The position numbers and the translations under genes are program-made. A model generated the notes under the pieces. That model was not told where the DNA came from. It made no database searches and worked only from the letters and a program-made list of their open reading frames with translations. DNA of 64,000 nt, taken from an uncultured delta proteobacterium (lineage in GTDB: Bacteria > Desulfobacterota > Binatia > Binatales > Binataceae). Location of the stretch: the NCBI GenBank assembly GCA_963808235.1, contig CAWEEQ010000001.1, positions 224,001-288,000 on the forward strand, read 5' to 3'. Below are positions 1-9,881 of the stretch, piece by piece (the first letter of the stretch is position 1; the number at the start of each line of letters is the position of its first letter).

Positions 1-975
1 ATGCGTGTCGTTGAGCTGAATAGCCACTTTCGATGAAAAATCGTACAAGTCTTCTCCGCGCGCGACGAATCCAAGCACGATGTCGTGGACCGCACACGCG
101 ACGAAGAAATATTCCTGAAGCAGGCGAAGTTCGCGGCCGGCCGCGACCGCGTCGGAAGGATAGAGGACTTTCGAGATGGTCTCGGAGAGCATCTTCTGCT
201 CGACCGCTTTCATGTAATCGCCGGCGTTAAAGATCTGCATGTCGAATTCGTCGGATGAGCCGGCGGAATAAAGGCGGACGAAGTTGACGGTGTGGCCGCC
301 GAAGCCCGCGATCGGCAAATCATAAGGCACGCCGATCAGGACGCTCTTGTCGACCCAGCTCGGATTGTACTCGCCCTTGCGATCGATGCGGTGCTCGATT
401 CGCCCGTAGACCGGAATCCGGCACGACTCATCGGGACGCGCCACCAGCCACGGCGAGATCTCGCGCTGCCACGCATCGGGGCGCTCGACCTGGTAGCCGT
501 TGCGAATTTCCTGGCGGAAGAGACCGTACTCGTAGTTGATTCCGTAGGCGTAACCCGGCAGATCGAGGGTCGCCAACGAATCGAGGAAACACGCGGCGAG
601 CCGGCCCAGGCCGCCGTTGCCGAGCGCGGCGTCGGGCTCTTCATCGAATAAAATCTGCAGGTCGATTCCGTTTTCGGCGAGAAAATCGCGGCAAGTGTCG
701 ATGATGCCCAGGTTAAACAGATTATTTTCGAGCGAGCGACCGATCAGAAATTCCAGCGACAGGTAGTAGAGCTTCTTCGCGTTGGTTCGCTCGAAGCGCG
801 CGCGCGTCGCGAGCATCTTTTCGATCAGCATGTCGCGGACCACCAGCGCGGTGGCGCGATACCAATCATGCTTCGACAACTGGATCCGCCGCTTTGCGAG
901 CGAGAAGCGGATGTGATGGTCGATCAGCGTATTGAACAGGTTGCGATTATTTTCAGAGAGTGGCGGAACAGCCAT
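1..975 (-). CDS. glgP: Glycogen/alpha-glucan phosphorylase, N-terminal part (runs off window start; not in ORF track)
   Basis: Manual translation from ATG at 975: YYLSLEFLIGRSL, DAALGNGGLGRLAACFLDS, YEYGLFRQ, SKVLYPSD, LRLLQEYFF, AIQLNDTH, all hallmark GT35 motifs. Confidence 0.95.
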   Translation of the reverse strand, partial: MAVPPLSENNRNLFNTLIDHHIRFSLAKRRIQLSKHDWYRATALVVRDMLIEKMLATRARFERTNAKKLYYLSLEFLIGRSLENNLFNLGIIDTCRDFLAENGIDLQILFDEEPDAALGNGGLGRLAACFLDSLATLDLPGYAYGINYEYGLFRQEIRNGYQVERPDAWQREISPWLVARPDESCRIPVYGRIEHRIDRKGEYNPSWVDKSVLIGVPYDLPIAGFGGHTVNFVRLYSAGSSDEFDMQIFNAGDYMKAVEQKMLSETISKVLYPSDAVAAGRELRLLQEYFFVACAVHDIVLGFVARGEDLYDFSSKVAIQLNDTH

Positions 976-1060
976 TCTTGCCTAGTCCTTCAAGTCCTCG
1001 CCCGCGTTTGGGCGAACTTCTATCATGTCGATTTGCGGCACCTGTCGCCACAAGGCGAGT

Positions 1061-1822
1061 CTAGGCGGCAACACGATCGAGGAACGCGCGAACGGCGGCG
1101 TTGAAGGCGGCCGGCTGGTCAATGTTGGCGGCGTGGCCGGCCCGCTCGAGAATTATTTTCTCGGCGCCGGGAATTTTGGCCGCCATGTAATCCGCCGACG
1201 GTCGAAACTGTTTGTCGTTTTCGCCGACAATCACCAGCGTGGGCACTCTGATTTCAGGCAACGACTCGATCACACTGCCGTCCTTCTGCGCGAGCATACC
1301 GCGCGCCGCGTGCGCGAGACCGGCCGCGCTGCGATGCTGCGCGATAGTCACTTCAGCGCTCGCACCCGCCGCGGCGAGGCCTTTCTTTTCGTAGGCGTGC
1401 GCCATGCTGTCCGCGATGCGATTCCATGCTTCGCGTCCGTCGTCTTTCTTGTAGCCCGGGCCCGTGTCGAACAGCATCAGCGCGGCCGTTCGATCGCGAT
1501 GCGCCAAATGAAACGCGAGCGACATGAACCCGCCGAGCGAGAGACCGCCGATGACCGCACTCTTCACGTTGCATGCGTCGAGCACCGCGGCCATGTCGCC
1601 GACGGTCAGTTCGTGCGAGTAGAGCGCGGGATCGTCCGGCGAATCGGAGCGGTCGTGACCGCGCATGTCCCAACCGATCACGTGATAGAAATCGGAGAGC
1701 GCGGCGAACTGGCCACTCCACATTCGAGCGCTGGCGCTGTAGCCATGCGAAAGCAACACGGCCGGCCCGCTCCCATGCTCTTCGTAGTAGATGCGCACCG
1801 AATCGCGATCGAGGTAAGGCAT
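1061..1822 (-). CDS. Alpha/beta fold hydrolase
   Basis: HGY oxyanion motif, DMRGH, GLSLGG nucleophile elbow, C-terminal AGH. Confidence 0.9.
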   Translation of the reverse strand: MPYLDRDSVRIYYEEHGSGPAVLLSHGYSASARMWSGQFAALSDFYHVIGWDMRGHDRSDSPDDPALYSHELTVGDMAAVLDACNVKSAVIGGLSLGGFMSLAFHLAHRDRTAALMLFDTGPGYKKDDGREAWNRIADSMAHAYEKKGLAAAGASAEVTIAQHRSAAGLAHAARGMLAQKDGSVIESLPEIRVPTLVIVGENDKQFRPSADYMAAKIPGAEKIILERAGHAANIDQPAAFNAAVRAFLDRVAA

Positions 1823-1929
1823 ATTCAGCTAGTCTCCAAAGTCCCGCGAGATTTCGTCATGATCATCAGCGCGGAAAGTTAAACAATTAAACAATACCGT
1901 TGCGCGCGCGGTTGCAGGAGAGATTCGAC

Positions 1930-2163
1930 ATGTCTCTATCGGAAGTCGCTGGATCGATCGGAGTCGCGACGCTGCTGATCGCGTTCTTCCTGAACCTGTT
2001 CGGGTTGCTGGCCTCCGATTCGCGCGTTTACCAATTCATGAACGCAGTCGGCGCCGGAATTTCCTGTTACGCGTCGTACCTGATCGGATTTGCGCCGTTC
2101 GTCGTGCTCGAGGCCACCTGGTGCGCAGTCGCCGTATTCGCAATCGTTCGCAGCCGCAGGTAG
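1930..2163 (+). CDS. Small 3-TM membrane protein (CBU_0592-like)
   Basis: ATG at 1930 after GGAGAG; hydrophobic 77 aa with YQFMNAVGA and PFVVLEATW pattern. Confidence 0.7.
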   Translation: MSLSEVAGSIGVATLLIAFFLNLFGLLASDSRVYQFMNAVGAGISCYASYLIGFAPFVVLEATWCAVAVFAIVRSRR

Positions 2164-2170
2164 CAGTTAA

Positions 2171-2206
2171 AGCGGGAGCATCGACGACGATGCCCCCGCT
2201 CTTTTT
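2171..2206 (+). terminator. Rho-independent terminator between convergent genes
   Basis: AGCGGG-A-GCATCG/ACGA/CGATGC-C-CCCGCT hairpin followed by a T-run. Confidence 0.65.
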
Positions 2207-2225
2207 GCAATCGCCAAAATAGATT

Positions 2226-2873
2226 CTAGCGGCCGCCGCGCTGCATCGCGGCCAGCGCCTCGGCCATCTCGCCGAGCCCCTTCTTCACCGAAGGACGCGT
2301 CTGCACGTTGCGCCACCACGCGCCGAGACGGGGACGTCCCTCGAGCGGCTGTAGGCCGAAGGCCGGCATCAGGTTGGTCGCGAAGAACGTCGTCGGCGCG
2401 AGTGCGCAATCGGCCAGCGTGAAGTCGTTGCCGCATGCATAGCCGCCGTCCGCGAGCATCTTTTCGAGTTGATCGAGCCGGTTCTTGAAGTCGCCCACCT
2501 TCTCTTCGACAACTTTTGCGTCGCGAGTCTTCGGATTCATCTGTCCGAACAGCGCTCGCAGCGGCGGCTCGAGATAAAGGTCGTGGAAGCGGGTCAGGAT
2601 TCGCACTTTCGCCCGCCCCTCCGGGCTTTTCGGAATCAGCGCCGGAGTCGGGAATTTGTCTTCGAGGTATTCGTTGATCACTTCGGATTCGGGAATCAGC
2701 AGCCCGTCCGCATCGAGCGCAGGAGTCTTGCCGAGCAGATTCACTTTCGCATATTCGGCGGATTTGAGATCGCCGCCCGGAATCGGCGCAATCTCGACGT
2801 TGATACCCTTCTCGTAAATTACGAGCCGCGATTTGGTCGCGAAGTTGGAGAGATTCAAATTGTAGAGCTTCAT
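2226..2873 (-). CDS. Glutathione S-transferase family protein
   Basis: N-terminal thioredoxin-like domain (VNLLGKTPAL, ESEVINEYL) and C-terminal FTLADC motif. Confidence 0.92.
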   Translation of the reverse strand: MKLYNLNLSNFATKSRLVIYEKGINVEIAPIPGGDLKSAEYAKVNLLGKTPALDADGLLIPESEVINEYLEDKFPTPALIPKSPEGRAKVRILTRFHDLYLEPPLRALFGQMNPKTRDAKVVEEKVGDFKNRLDQLEKMLADGGYACGNDFTLADCALAPTTFFATNLMPAFGLQPLEGRPRLGAWWRNVQTRPSVKKGLGEMAEALAAMQRGGR

Positions 2874-2961
2874 TTCATCGTCCTCACTTTGCGGGATTCA
2901 AATCCGCTTATCGCAGACGCATGCGCACCGCGCAAGCATTCTTTTGTGCGAGCGCGTTTGA

Positions 2962-3981
2962 CTAACGTCCGCCTTCTTCCTGCTTGATTACGAAGATCAG
3001 CGACTCGGCGAAATCGTCGGGATGCTCTAGTTGGGGATAGGGACCCGAAGTTTTGAACGTAACGGTGGCGGAGCCGGGCAGCGCGGCATGCACCGCTTCG
3101 CCCTCGGCGGTTCCGAAGTAAGGATTTTTCGCGCCCCACATTATGATCGTGAGGGTGTTGAAGATCTGTCCGATCTTCGAGCGGATATGCGCTTCGTCGC
3201 GCGGCACTGAGTTGAGCATGTCGGTCTCGGCGGGAAGGTCGCTGGCCAACTCCGCGATCATGCGTTGGTAAATGAATTCTGGCATCGGCGGCAGGTCGAA
3301 AAAACTCGCCTCGACTTGCGCGCGGATCGCTTCCGCGTCGGTCGGTAGCATTCCCTTGCGCAGCTTCTCGGCGCCGCGCGCGCCGACCAGTCCGCCCGAG
3401 ATAAGCACCAGGCGTTCGACTTTGTCGGGATGCTCAACGGCGTAGTAAAGCGCGACGTCGGCGCCGAGATCGTTGCCGATCAGGTTCACGTGATCGATTT
3501 TCATCTGGTCGATCATCTCGGCGATCGCCTCGGCCTGGTACGCGATCGTGTACTGCACCTGCTTGTGATCTGACGAAGCGAAGCCGGGCAGGTTCGGCGC
3601 GATCACCTTGTAATGCGCGTCGGCGACCGGCGGCATGATGCCGCGCCAGACCAGCGCCGCGTTGGGGCCGAGCCCGTGAATCATCACCACCGGTTCCTGG
3701 CCCGAGTAGCCGCCGGTGATGAGGTAAGTGATGAGCCCGTCCTTCAGCGCGAGATCGTTTTGCGCCACCCCCGACCATCCCAGCCGCGTCTGCTGAACAA
3801 ACCTGAGAACATAAAGAGGCCGCGTATACATCGCGGCTCCGAAGATTCCGAGAAACACGGCGGCGATCGGACCCGCGATATTTATCCAGGTGTGCCGGCG
3901 GACCTGCGGCGCCAGATTCTCAGCGCGGATGTCGGCCTCGGTCGGCGTCCGCTGAGTTTCAGATTTAATTGGATCAGCCAC
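2962..3981 (-). CDS. Membrane-anchored alpha/beta hydrolase-fold protein (non-canonical nucleophile GNDLG)
   Basis: N-terminal TM segment, HGLG, NLPGF, GNDLGA; the C-terminal catalytic His region reads SGPYPQ rather than xGH. Confidence 0.8.
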   Translation of the reverse strand: MADPIKSETQRTPTEADIRAENLAPQVRRHTWINIAGPIAAVFLGIFGAAMYTRPLYVLRFVQQTRLGWSGVAQNDLALKDGLITYLITGGYSGQEPVVMIHGLGPNAALVWRGIMPPVADAHYKVIAPNLPGFASSDHKQVQYTIAYQAEAIAEMIDQMKIDHVNLIGNDLGADVALYYAVEHPDKVERLVLISGGLVGARGAEKLRKGMLPTDAEAIRAQVEASFFDLPPMPEFIYQRMIAELASDLPAETDMLNSVPRDEAHIRSKIGQIFNTLTIIMWGAKNPYFGTAEGEAVHAALPGSATVTFKTSGPYPQLEHPDDFAESLIFVIKQEEGGR

Positions 3982-4008
3982 TGCGTTGGGATTGCTGCGA
4001 TTGCTGCG

Positions 4009-4437
4009 CTACTTCGGCGCGTCCCCGGCCGCGGCACCGGGTGATGTCGAGGGTTCCGCGGCCGGCGTGCTGGCCGGCGATGCGGCCGCTGCGCGCCGCG
4101 CCGCTTTCGTCACGTGCGAGAGGCGGCGTCCGTGGGTTGCGGCTTCTCGGTCGCGCTGCATTTCATCGAGATGGTCGGCGACCCGATTGATTTCCGCGGT
4201 CGCGTCCTCGACCGCCTTGGTGGCGCGGTTGGCGGCCTCGGTCGCTTTGTTCGCCGCGTCGACCGCTTGTGCCGCGGCTTGTTCAGCACGCGTTGCCGAC
4301 TGCTCCGCTCGCATCGCGGCAGCTTCGGCCTGCTGAGCCTGCTGCTCGTCATGCGATGCGCATCCGGCGATAGCTATCGCGAGCACCATAATCGGCAAAA
4401 CAAAACTGACCAGCGACGCGGAAGAAAGTTTGCGCAT
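4009..4437 (-). CDS. Alanine-zipper lipoprotein (Lpp/OprI-like)
   Basis: Signal peptide ending IAGC (lipobox), then an Ala-rich heptad coiled coil (AEQAAAQAVDAANKATEAANRA). Confidence 0.7.
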   Translation of the reverse strand: MRKLSSASLVSFVLPIMVLAIAIAGCASHDEQQAQQAEAAAMRAEQSATRAEQAAAQAVDAANKATEAANRATKAVEDATAEINRVADHLDEMQRDREAATHGRRLSHVTKAARRAAAASPASTPAAEPSTSPGAAAGDAPK

Positions 4438-4448
4438 AGATGACGAGC

Positions 4449-5324
4449 TCATCGCGGAGCGAACGCCTCTATCGCGCGAAGATCAGGAAGCGGCGCGCTG
4501 TCCGAGCGCAACGGCAGGAAACACACGTGCGACGCTCCGGCCTTCAGATGCGCTTGGATGCGATCGCGAATCTTATCCTCGCTGCCCCACGCCACGATCG
4601 CATCGACCAGTCGATCGGAGCATCCATTTTCGAATTCCGCATCGGCCCATCCGAGCGCCTTCAAATTCGTGGTGTAGTTGGGCAGGCGCGGAACATAGGT
4701 CTTCATATATTCGCGCGCAGCGGTGCGAGCCTTGGCCGCATCGGTTTCGAGGATGACGGCTTGCGCCGCGCACAGCATCGCAGTCGGTCCGATTTGCGCG
4801 CGCGCCTTGGCAGTATGCTCAGGCGGAACGAAATAAGTATGCGTGCCGTTCGCTTCGGCCGCCGACAGCGCGAGCATCTTCGGATGCAGCGCGGCGAGCA
4901 CCACCGGCACCGGCTCTTTGGGCATCGGCGCCCGATAGAGCGCGCCCTTCATCTTCGCCAGGTACTCTTTCATGTAAGTGTACGGCTTGTCGTAGTTGTG
5001 GCCGCGCAGACCGGTGACCAGCGGCTGATGGCTGACGCCGATACCGAGCACGAAGCGGCCGCCGGAAAGTTCGGCGACCGTCTTGGACGCCGCGCCCATC
5101 GTCATCGCGTCGCGCGCCCAGATATTTGCGATGCCGGTTGCGATCGAGAGCCGCTCGGTGTGGTCTAGCAGGTAGGCGGCGTGCGCGAAGGGTTCGCGGC
5201 CGACCGCCTCGGGGATCCAGAGCGCGCGGTAGCCGAGCTTTTCGACTTTCTTCGCGAACTCGGCGCTCTCGACGGCGGGCATCGCGTCGAGGAAAAACCA
5301 GATTCCAACTTTTCCAATATCCAT
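4449..5324 (-). CDS. LLM-class, probably F420-dependent oxidoreductase (MSMEG_4141/TIGR03620-like)
   Basis: LWIPEAVGRE, ATGIANIWAR, GRFVLGIGVSH, AGASHVC. Confidence 0.85.
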   Translation of the reverse strand: MDIGKVGIWFFLDAMPAVESAEFAKKVEKLGYRALWIPEAVGREPFAHAAYLLDHTERLSIATGIANIWARDAMTMGAASKTVAELSGGRFVLGIGVSHQPLVTGLRGHNYDKPYTYMKEYLAKMKGALYRAPMPKEPVPVVLAALHPKMLALSAAEANGTHTYFVPPEHTAKARAQIGPTAMLCAAQAVILETDAAKARTAAREYMKTYVPRLPNYTTNLKALGWADAEFENGCSDRLVDAIVAWGSEDKIRDRIQAHLKAGASHVCFLPLRSDSAPLPDLRAIEAFAPR

Positions 5325-5347
5325 AACTCAACTAACTAACGCTCTTA

Positions 5348-5381
5348 CGAAATTTGAACAAGCGCGAAATTTGAACAAGCG
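5348..5381. repeat. Perfect 17-bp tandem duplication CGAAATTTGAACAAGCG x2 in a divergent intergenic region
   Basis: Directly visible at 5348-5364 and 5365-5381. Confidence 0.9.
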
Positions 5382-5481
5382 AAAGATGCGGGGGCTGCCT
5401 TTTCAATTGCGACAGCGGGGCGATAGATTAGGCGCGAACTATCCAAACGATCGCGCCAACCGATCGCGCACGAGGCAGAAG

Positions 5482-6342
5482 ATGAAACTTGGCTTGATGT
5501 TCGTTAACTCGGGACCGTTCAGCAATCCGGCGCTGCTCGCGCATCTTGCGACTACCGCGGAGCGATGTGGAATCGAATCGATGTGGACCGTCGAGCACGT
5601 CGTGATTCCGCAGGACTACAAGTCGCCGTATCCGTACTCGACGAGCGGCAAAATTCCCGGCGGCGAGGATATCGCGATACCAGATCCGATTCTGCCGCTG
5701 GCGTTTGCAGCGGCGGTGACTAAAACGATCAAGCTCGGCACCGGCGTGCTCATCCTTCCGCAACGGCATCCACTGTACGTCGCCAAGGAGATGGCGACGC
5801 TCGACGTGTTGTCGAACGGGCGCGCGATCCTCGGCATCGGCAGCGGATGGCTCGAGGAAGAGTTCACTTCGCTCGGCCTCGATTTTCACACCCGCGGCGC
5901 GCGGACCGACGAGGCGATCAAATCCTTGCGCGCGTTGTGGAGCGAGGGCGCGTCGACGTTTCACGGCAAGCATTTTAACTTCGGGCCGGTGAAATGTTTT
6001 CCTAAACCGATCCAGAAAAACGGAGTGCCGATTCATGTCGGCGGACATTCGCCGGCGGCGGCAAAGCGCGCGGCGCGTTACGGCGACGGATTTTTTCCGG
6101 CACTCGGCGACATTCCAAAGCTGAAAGAACTGTTCGCGCTGATGAAATCCGAGGCCGAGAAAGTTGGTCGCGATCCAAAGAAGATCGAGTTGTCGTGCAT
6201 AGGCCGTGCGCGAGTGGACGAATTGAAGGCGCTCGAGGATATCGGAGTATCGCGAGTCGTAATCGCGCCGCCCGGCTTCGACGCCGACGGCCTCACGCGC
6301 GGGCTCGAAAAGCTCCATGACGAGGTGATCGCGAAGCTTTAG
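5482..6342 (+). CDS. LLM-class, probably F420-dependent oxidoreductase (Rv2161c/TIGR03619-like)
   Basis: WTVEHVVIP..Y.SPYPY, AKEMATLDVLSNGR, GWLEEEF, GGHSPAAAKRAA. Confidence 0.88.
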   Translation: MKLGLMFVNSGPFSNPALLAHLATTAERCGIESMWTVEHVVIPQDYKSPYPYSTSGKIPGGEDIAIPDPILPLAFAAAVTKTIKLGTGVLILPQRHPLYVAKEMATLDVLSNGRAILGIGSGWLEEEFTSLGLDFHTRGARTDEAIKSLRALWSEGASTFHGKHFNFGPVKCFPKPIQKNGVPIHVGGHSPAAAKRAARYGDGFFPALGDIPKLKELFALMKSEAEKVGRDPKKIELSCIGRARVDELKALEDIGVSRVVIAPPGFDADGLTRGLEKLHDEVIAKL

Positions 6343-6353
6343 GGAGTGATGCC

Positions 6354-7155
6354 GTGAAGGATGAAAGTTCAATCGATCCGTTGATTGTTCGCCACGAGGC
6401 GCCGCTCGGTTGGCTGGTGCTGAACAGGCCGCATGTTCGCAACGCGCTCAATCTCAAGACCTGGCAGCGTATCGCGGAAGGCGTCGCGGAACTGGCGAGC
6501 GATGATGCGGTGCGCGTGATCATAATGCGCGGCGCGACTGCCGAGGCATTTGTCGCCGGCGCGGACATCTCGGAGTTTCCGGCGATGCGCGCCGATGCGG
6601 CGCAGGCGCGCGCGTATCGCGAGGCGCCCAATCGCGCAATCGCGGCGCTCGTCGAGTGCCACAAGCCGGTCATCGCGATGATCTCCGGAGTGTGTATTGG
6701 CGGCGGCGTGCAGGTCGCGCTCGCATGCGACATCCGTATCGCCGCGCGCGGAACTCGGCTCGGCGTTCCGGCGGCACGGCTCGGACTCGCGTATCCCCTT
6801 GAGGGTGTGACCATGCTCGCGCAAACGGTTGGTCCGGCCAACGCTCGTGACATCCTGCTGTCGGCGCGGCTCTTCGACGCGGACGAGGCGATGCAGATGG
6901 GACTGGTCAATCGCGTGGTCGATGCCGAGAAGCTCGAGGAGAACGTCCGCGACTACGCGCTCAAGACGGCCACCAACGCGCCGCTCACGATGGCGGCGGC
7001 GAAGGTTGCGATTCGCGAGAGCCTGCGCGATCGCGAAGAACGCGACGTGAAGACAGTATCGGCGATGGTGGTGCGATGTTTTGATAGCGAGGATTATCGC
7101 AGAAGGGGTGCGGGCGTTCCTGGAAAAGCGACGGCCCGCTTTTACCGGCCGTTGA
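6354..7155 (+). CDS. Enoyl-CoA hydratase/isomerase with a +1 frameshift at ~7101
   Basis: LNRP, AFVAGADISEF, CIGGG, ACDIRIA; the canonical tail EGVRAFLEKRRPAFTGR* lies in the shifted frame ending at 7155. Confidence 0.85.
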
Positions 7156-7589
7156 GCGAGAAGCTCGACCGGAAAGCACGCGCTGCGAAACAGTTTCATC
7201 CAGACAGTTTTCTTGTCGGGCGGTAAATGCGTTAGCGCCGACCATGCTGCTTGACGATCGTCGGCGGGAATCGCCATCGCGGTCATCAAAACCTGGATCG
7301 TAACCGCGACCATCTGCTTGGTCTCCACATTGCCGTTGCTTGCCGCGAATTCATTCACGCGGCCAAGAAAGCCCAAATCGCCGAGGTCGGCGAGTCCGGG
7401 GCGAGAGCCGCGATCCTTGGGCCAGAGCGCGCGCATATCCACGGGGAGCGACGATTCGATCGTGGCGGACTCGCTATCATCCAGCCCGTCGCGCAGCGCA
7501 TGCAGGACGGCGCGGAGGATCTGGTCGGCGCGAGCGGGTGAGCATTGTAGTTTGTCGGCGATTTTTGAAATGAAATCGGGGGTATTCAC
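7094..7589 (-). CDS. DUF2267-like protein (~164 aa once the extra base near 7101 is removed)
   Basis: N-terminus FISKIADKL..RAVLHALRDGL..ESSLPVDMRALW typical of DUF2267; the remaining 240 aa of the track ORF is antisense to the hydratase. Confidence 0.6.
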
Positions 7590-7616
7590 AGACTTGGAGT
7601 TGTTGGTGCGACGATA

Positions 7617-7648
7617 CAGTCACGCCTGTTTGCATCAATCACTCCTGT
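7617..7648. promoter_or_regulatory. Two candidate TetR operator sites
   Basis: CAGTCACGCCTGT (7617) and CAATCACTCCTGT (7636), 11/13 identical and partly palindromic (ACAG-N6-CTGT), just upstream of the TetR gene. Confidence 0.45.
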
Positions 7649-7698
7649 ATGTTATCTGACAATCTCCATTATTTCAAGAGTCCGGAGGGTCGGAGCGA

Positions 7699-8352
7699 AT
7701 GTCGTCCTTGCAGGATGAGCGGAGTGCTGAGACGCGGCGGCGGTTGTTGGACGCGACTGTTGCGTGCCTTTTCGAGCGTGGATATGCGGGCACGACGACC
7801 ACGGAAATAGCGAGTCGCGCGAACGTCTCGCGCGGCGCGCAGTTGCATCATTTTCCCAAGAAAGAAGAACTCGTGGTGAGCGCGCTGGAGCATGTGTTCG
7901 AACTTCGGCTGCGCGAAATGAGCGCGGCAGTGGCGGAGCCGCCGTCGGGAAGCCGGGCGCATCGGATTGCCGTGCTGATCGACGCGATGTGGCCGGGGTT
8001 CAAGGGGCCGACATTCTATGCGTGGCTGGAACTGGTGGTGGCGGCGCGCACCGATCCGGCGCTCAACGACGCGGTGCGTGCGGCGAGTATCCGATTTGGC
8101 GAGGGATTTCGCGCGGGCATAAGCGCGCTGCTCGATTGGCCCGTGGGTCATCAAGACAAACTAAGTGATTTGATCAGTATCGTATTCGGACAGCTCGAAG
8201 CGCTGGCGATCGATCGGGTGCTGTCCGCGCCGGGGGAGATTGATCCGCCGGAGTTTGTGCGCGGATTGGAGACGGTGAAGCGCGTGAGTATCGCGATGGT
8301 AAGGGAGATTGAGGGGGCGGGTTCTGAGCAGAGAAGGAATTTGGAATTTTGA
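7699..8352 (+). CDS. TetR/AcrR family transcriptional regulator
   Basis: RRRLLDATVACLFERGYAGTTTTEIASRANVSRGAQLHHFP HTH. Confidence 0.93.
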   Translation: MSSLQDERSAETRRRLLDATVACLFERGYAGTTTTEIASRANVSRGAQLHHFPKKEELVVSALEHVFELRLREMSAAVAEPPSGSRAHRIAVLIDAMWPGFKGPTFYAWLELVVAARTDPALNDAVRAASIRFGEGFRAGISALLDWPVGHQDKLSDLISIVFGQLEALAIDRVLSAPGEIDPPEFVRGLETVKRVSIAMVREIEGAGSEQRRNLEF

Positions 8353-8405
8353 CCCTCACCCGCCGCTCGAGGACGAGCGTCGGCCTCTCCCTGTCCGGGA
8401 GAGGC
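8353..8405 (+). repeat. REP-like palindromic element, family A copy 1
   Basis: CCCTCACCC-[hairpin]-GGCCTCTCCC-N5-GGGAGAGGC; related copies at 22713 and 28927. Confidence 0.85.
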
Positions 8406-8417
8406 CAGGAGTTGATC

Positions 8418-9635
8418 ATGGGCGAAGCGATAACAGGTCAGACGGCATCGGAAATTTATTTTAATCCGTGGGATGAGAACTTTCGGGCCAATCCGTATCC
8501 GCATTACCGGGCGCTGCTTTCGGGGGCGCCACGGGTTTTGGATATGGGATTTAAATTTGCGCTCGCGGCTCGTTACGCGGACGTGCGGGCGGTGCTGATG
8601 GATCATGCGACGTTCTCGAGCGTGCTGCCGGTTGGGGCGGGGTTCGACGAGCAGCGGAAAGCGTTCGGCGATGCGCCGTCGATGCTGGGCTCCGATCCGC
8701 CGACCCAGACGCGGCTGCGTCGACTGGTCTCGCGCGATTTCACGCCGCGGCGAATCCGCGAGCTGGAACCGCGTATCCGGCAGATCGCGAAAGACCTGCT
8801 CGACAAGGTTGCGGTCAAAGGTGAATTCGACGTGATGGCGGACCTCGCCACTCCGCTGCCGGTGATGGTTATCAGCGAGTTGCTGGGCGTGCCGCCGGAG
8901 GAATACCAGCAATTCAAAAAGTGGTCGGACAAGATCGTCGAGGCGGACAATACCCTGCCGGGGATGCCGATACCTGACGAGATCATGAGGGCGTTCACCG
9001 AGTTGAAGGCATACTTTGCCGCGGAGATCATCCGGCGGCGGAAGGATCCGGGGGCCGACCTGGTGAGCGCGCTAGTCGCGGCGCACGATCAGGCTGAAGC
9101 GCTCAGCGCCGACGAGTTGCTGCAATTCGTGGTGCTGCTGCTGCTCGCGGGCAACGAGACGACGACCAATCTCGTCGGCAACGGGATGCTGGCTCTTGGG
9201 CGCAATCCCGAAGCGATGGCTGCGTTGCGCGCGAAGCCGGAGCTGATGCGCGGAGCGATCGAGGAGATGCTGCGATACGACGGGCCGGTGCAGGCGACGT
9301 TCCGGACCGCGACCAAAGACACCGTAGTCGGCGGGACTCCGATAGCGGCCGGGATGGGCGTGTTCGTGATCATCGCGGCGGCGAATCGGGACCCTGCGCA
9401 ATTCAAGGATCCGGAGCGATTCGATATTGCGCGCGCGCCGAATGATCATGTGGCGTTTGGCGAAGGGATTCATTTTTGTATCGGGGCGGGGCTTGCGCGG
9501 TTGGAAGGAGCGATCGCGATTGAGAGTGCGCTTGGAAGATTTCCGGCCTTGAAGTTGAAGAGTCCGGGGGCGGCGCTGACGTATAAGGGGTCGTATTTTT
9601 TGCGCGGATTGGCGCGGCTGGAGATGGCGGCTTAG
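8418..9635 (+). CDS. Cytochrome P450 (paralog 1)
   Basis: I-helix AGNETT, K-helix EEMLR, heme motif FGEGIHFCIG; ATG at 8418 after AGGAG. Confidence 0.97.
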   Translation: MGEAITGQTASEIYFNPWDENFRANPYPHYRALLSGAPRVLDMGFKFALAARYADVRAVLMDHATFSSVLPVGAGFDEQRKAFGDAPSMLGSDPPTQTRLRRLVSRDFTPRRIRELEPRIRQIAKDLLDKVAVKGEFDVMADLATPLPVMVISELLGVPPEEYQQFKKWSDKIVEADNTLPGMPIPDEIMRAFTELKAYFAAEIIRRRKDPGADLVSALVAAHDQAEALSADELLQFVVLLLLAGNETTTNLVGNGMLALGRNPEAMAALRAKPELMRGAIEEMLRYDGPVQATFRTATKDTVVGGTPIAAGMGVFVIIAAANRDPAQFKDPERFDIARAPNDHVAFGEGIHFCIGAGLARLEGAIAIESALGRFPALKLKSPGAALTYKGSYFLRGLARLEMAA

Positions 9636-9881
9636 CGGGCGTGCCTGAAACAGGAATGGGATTCAGACCGCTGCGCGCGGGGCGGCAGGGGTGACCCCTG
9701 CACCCAGTGTCCATTCAATCGCAAAATCCCGAGGACGGTATTTTGCTCTCGGCCGCCTGAAAAGATTAACCCTTTGAAAGGATCGGCGGAATACGGCGGA
9801 GTGACATTGCTGGGCTGCATGCAGGGGCTTTGATGCGGGTACGGCGAGGGAAAACATTCCGTGGGTGTTGGAGTCTAGTGG

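Noticed and set aside
6369-7093. C-terminal 240 aa of the 406-aa track ORF
   Set aside because: Arises only from the extra base at ~7101; it is antisense to the enoyl-CoA hydratase
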